Below are positions 62,428 through 64,000 of a DNA stretch of 64,000 bases, piece after piece. The stretch comes from Bacteroidales bacterium (GTDB lineage: Bacteria > Bacteroidota > Bacteroidia > Bacteroidales > P3). Both the position numbers and the translations under genes were made by a program. Every line of letters starts with the position of its first letter. The first letter of the stretch is position 1. The notes under the pieces are model-generated. The model worked only from the letters and a program-made list of their open reading frames with translations, did not search any database and had not been told where the DNA came from. The stretch is from assembly GCA_024400415.1 (NCBI GenBank), contig JAKSMS010000002.1, positions 5,679 to 69,678 of the forward strand. The letters are read 5' to 3'.

Positions 62428-64000
62428 CTACAGCTTGATAGTCTTCAGGTAGTCGGTGCACTCCTCGAAGGTCTTGAAGGTGTGCTCCTCAGGCAGGATG
62501 GCAGGGATCAGCTTCATCGAGGTCAGCATATACATAGGCTGAGGCTGGATGATGGTCATCAGCACCATGATGCCGCGGTCCTGGAGGTCCTTGATGGCGG
62601 TTTCCATAGCGTAGAGGCCGCTCTGGTCCATAAAGCTTACCAGCTTCATACGGATGATGACCACCTTTACGTCCTCAGGCACATCGTGCATCACCTCCTG
62701 GAATCGGGTGATAGAGCCGAAGAAGATAGGTCCGTTCAGACGCTGCACATACACGTGCTTCAGCATGTCCTCGGTCAGTCCGCCTTCGTCGCTCCAGGCC
62801 TGGGTCTTGTCGAAGTTGGCCAGGGCAGGGGCGGGGAGTCCCTTGTGGTGGCTCTGGTCCTGCTCGAGGGTCTCTGACGAGTATCCGCCCTCTACCAGGT
62901 CGGAGGCGCGCTTCATGAACAGCACGCAGGCTATCACCATGCCGATGCCCACAGCGGTCAGCAGGTCGATGAATACGGTTACTAGGAACACCACGATCAG
63001 CACCACGGCGTCGGCTCTAGGTATGCGCAGCAGGTCCTTGAAGCCCTTGAAGTCGATGATGCCCCAGCCCACGGTGATCAGGATGCCGGCCAGCACAGCC
63101 AGAGGTACATATTTCACCACGAATCCCAATCCCAGCAGGATAGCCAGCAGGAATATGGCAGCAATCATGCCGCTTATCTGGGTGCGGCCGCCGCTCTTCA
63201 CGTTCACCACCGTACGCATCGTGGCGCCGGCGCCAGGCAGACCGCAGAACAGTCCGGCAATAGCGTTGCCGATACCCTGACCCATGAGTTCCTGGTTGGA
63301 GTTATGTTTGGTCTTGGTGATGTTGTCGGCCACCACAGAGGTGAGCAGCGTGTCTATAGATCCCAGTCCGGCGAGGGTCAGGCCGGGGATGATGGCAGCC
63401 TGTAGCATCGTTGCCCAGTCGAGGCCTGCCAGGCTCACGTTGTCCTTCAGGAAGAAGGGGAGAGGCAGTCCGCTAGGAATCTCGCCGATAGTGAGTTCTG
63501 CTTTCAGGTCGCAGAAGAGCGACACCACGGTCATCACGATCAGGGCCACGAGGGTGGCTGGCACCTTGGTGGTAATCTTAGGGAAGAGCTCGATAATCAG
63601 GATAGTGCCAAGTCCGAGCAGCAGCGCCGTCAGGTTGAAGCTGTCGGCCACGGCGGCAGGATAGTTCACCAGCAGGTCCACCATCGAGCCGCTGCCCTTG
63701 CTGCCTATCAGTGGATAGATCTGCTGCAGGATGATGATCACGCCAATGCCGCTCATAAATCCAGAGAGCACAGGGTAGGGAATGTAGCGCACATACTTGC
63801 CGATCTTGATCAGTCCGAAGAGGATCTGGAACAGACCGCAGAACAGTCCGGCCAGCGCCATGGTGATCAGCACCGATGAGATGTTGCCGCTGCTGGCAGT
63901 CCATGCGCCAGCCACTAAGGTGGCAGTCACTACCGTCATAGGGCCGGTAGGGCCGCTGATCTGGCTGTGGCAGCCTCCGAATAGTGCAGCAAAGAATCCC
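62428..64000 (-). CDS. SulP family anion transporter with C-terminal STAS domain (N-terminus beyond window)
   Basis: The frame stays open upstream of the track Met to the window edge (..GFFAALFGGCHSQISGPTGPMTVV, the SulP signature). STAS-like tail (VVIIRMKLVSFMDQSGLYAMETAIKDLQDRG). Confidence 0.88.
   Translation of the reverse strand, partial: GFFAALFGGCHSQISGPTGPMTVVTATLVAGAWTASSGNISSVLITMALAGLFCGLFQILFGLIKIGKYVRYIPYPVLSGFMSGIGVIIILQQIYPLIGSKGSGSMVDLLVNYPAAVADSFNLTALLLGLGTILIIELFPKITTKVPATLVALIVMTVVSLFCDLKAELTIGEIPSGLPLPFFLKDNVSLAGLDWATMLQAAIIPGLTLAGLGSIDTLLTSVVADNITKTKHNSNQELMGQGIGNAIAGLFCGLPGAGATMRTVVNVKSGGRTQISGMIAAIFLLAILLGLGFVVKYVPLAVLAGILITVGWGIIDFKGFKDLLRIPRADAVVLIVVFLVTVFIDLLTAVGIGMVIACVLFMKRASDLVEGGYSSETLEQDQSHHKGLPAPALANFDKTQAWSDEGGLTEDMLKHVYVQRLNGPIFFGSITRFQEVMHDVPEDVKVVIIRMKLVSFMDQSGLYAMETAIKDLQDRGIMVLMTIIQPQPMYMLTSMKLIPAILPEEHTFKTFEECTDYLKTIKL

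Noticed and set aside
1-64000. tRNA, rRNA, tmRNA, RNase P and SRP RNA genes.
   Set aside because: Scanning the non-coding gaps by eye, I found no T-loop/acceptor patterns or conserved cores of these RNAs. A tRNAscan/Infernal run would be needed to be certain.

Overview
This 64-kb window looks like a chromosomal segment of a Bacteroidota (Bacteroidales, Prevotellaceae-like) genome. Supporting signs are TAnnTTTG -7 promoter boxes, no Shine-Dalgarno signals, many lipoprotein and T9SS C-terminal sorting domains, and GC-rich third codon positions. Most of it is core gene content. Recognised genes include rimM (partial), an M16 peptidase, an S41 peptidase, a beta-carbonic anhydrase, a 1079-aa C10 cysteine peptidase, a CPA2 antiporter and a DASS transporter. 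There is also the housekeeping run ybaK / ABC-F / rarA / queA / truB / uppP / DUF3098 / ftsX / dnaN, then dapD, dxs, a Na+-pumping methylmalonyl-CoA decarboxylase operon, yebC and a partial SulP transporter. I found no rRNA, tRNA or CRISPR. The main anomaly is a visibly AT-richer islet of about 5.6 kb (about 46.7-52.3 kb) between dxs and the mmd operon. It carries an unknown 150-aa ORF, a type II restriction endonuclease, a three-part C5 methyltransferase, a SEFIR/TIR-domain protein with an unassigned C-terminal half, and decayed ORFs. Its left edge has a phased TAGGA iteron palindrome, and a promoter/leader module is duplicated within it. Other notable signals: two inverted copies of a ~105-bp palindrome built from 11-bp iterons (25.2 kb and 44.5 kb); an exact 13-mer shared by promoter regions of neighbouring envelope operons; two Cys/His-rich small lipoproteins (one inside the mmd operon); a TonB C-terminal remnant; and a long hairpin with a possible pseudoknot in a 5' leader. 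All family calls come from reading motifs by eye. No database search was run.
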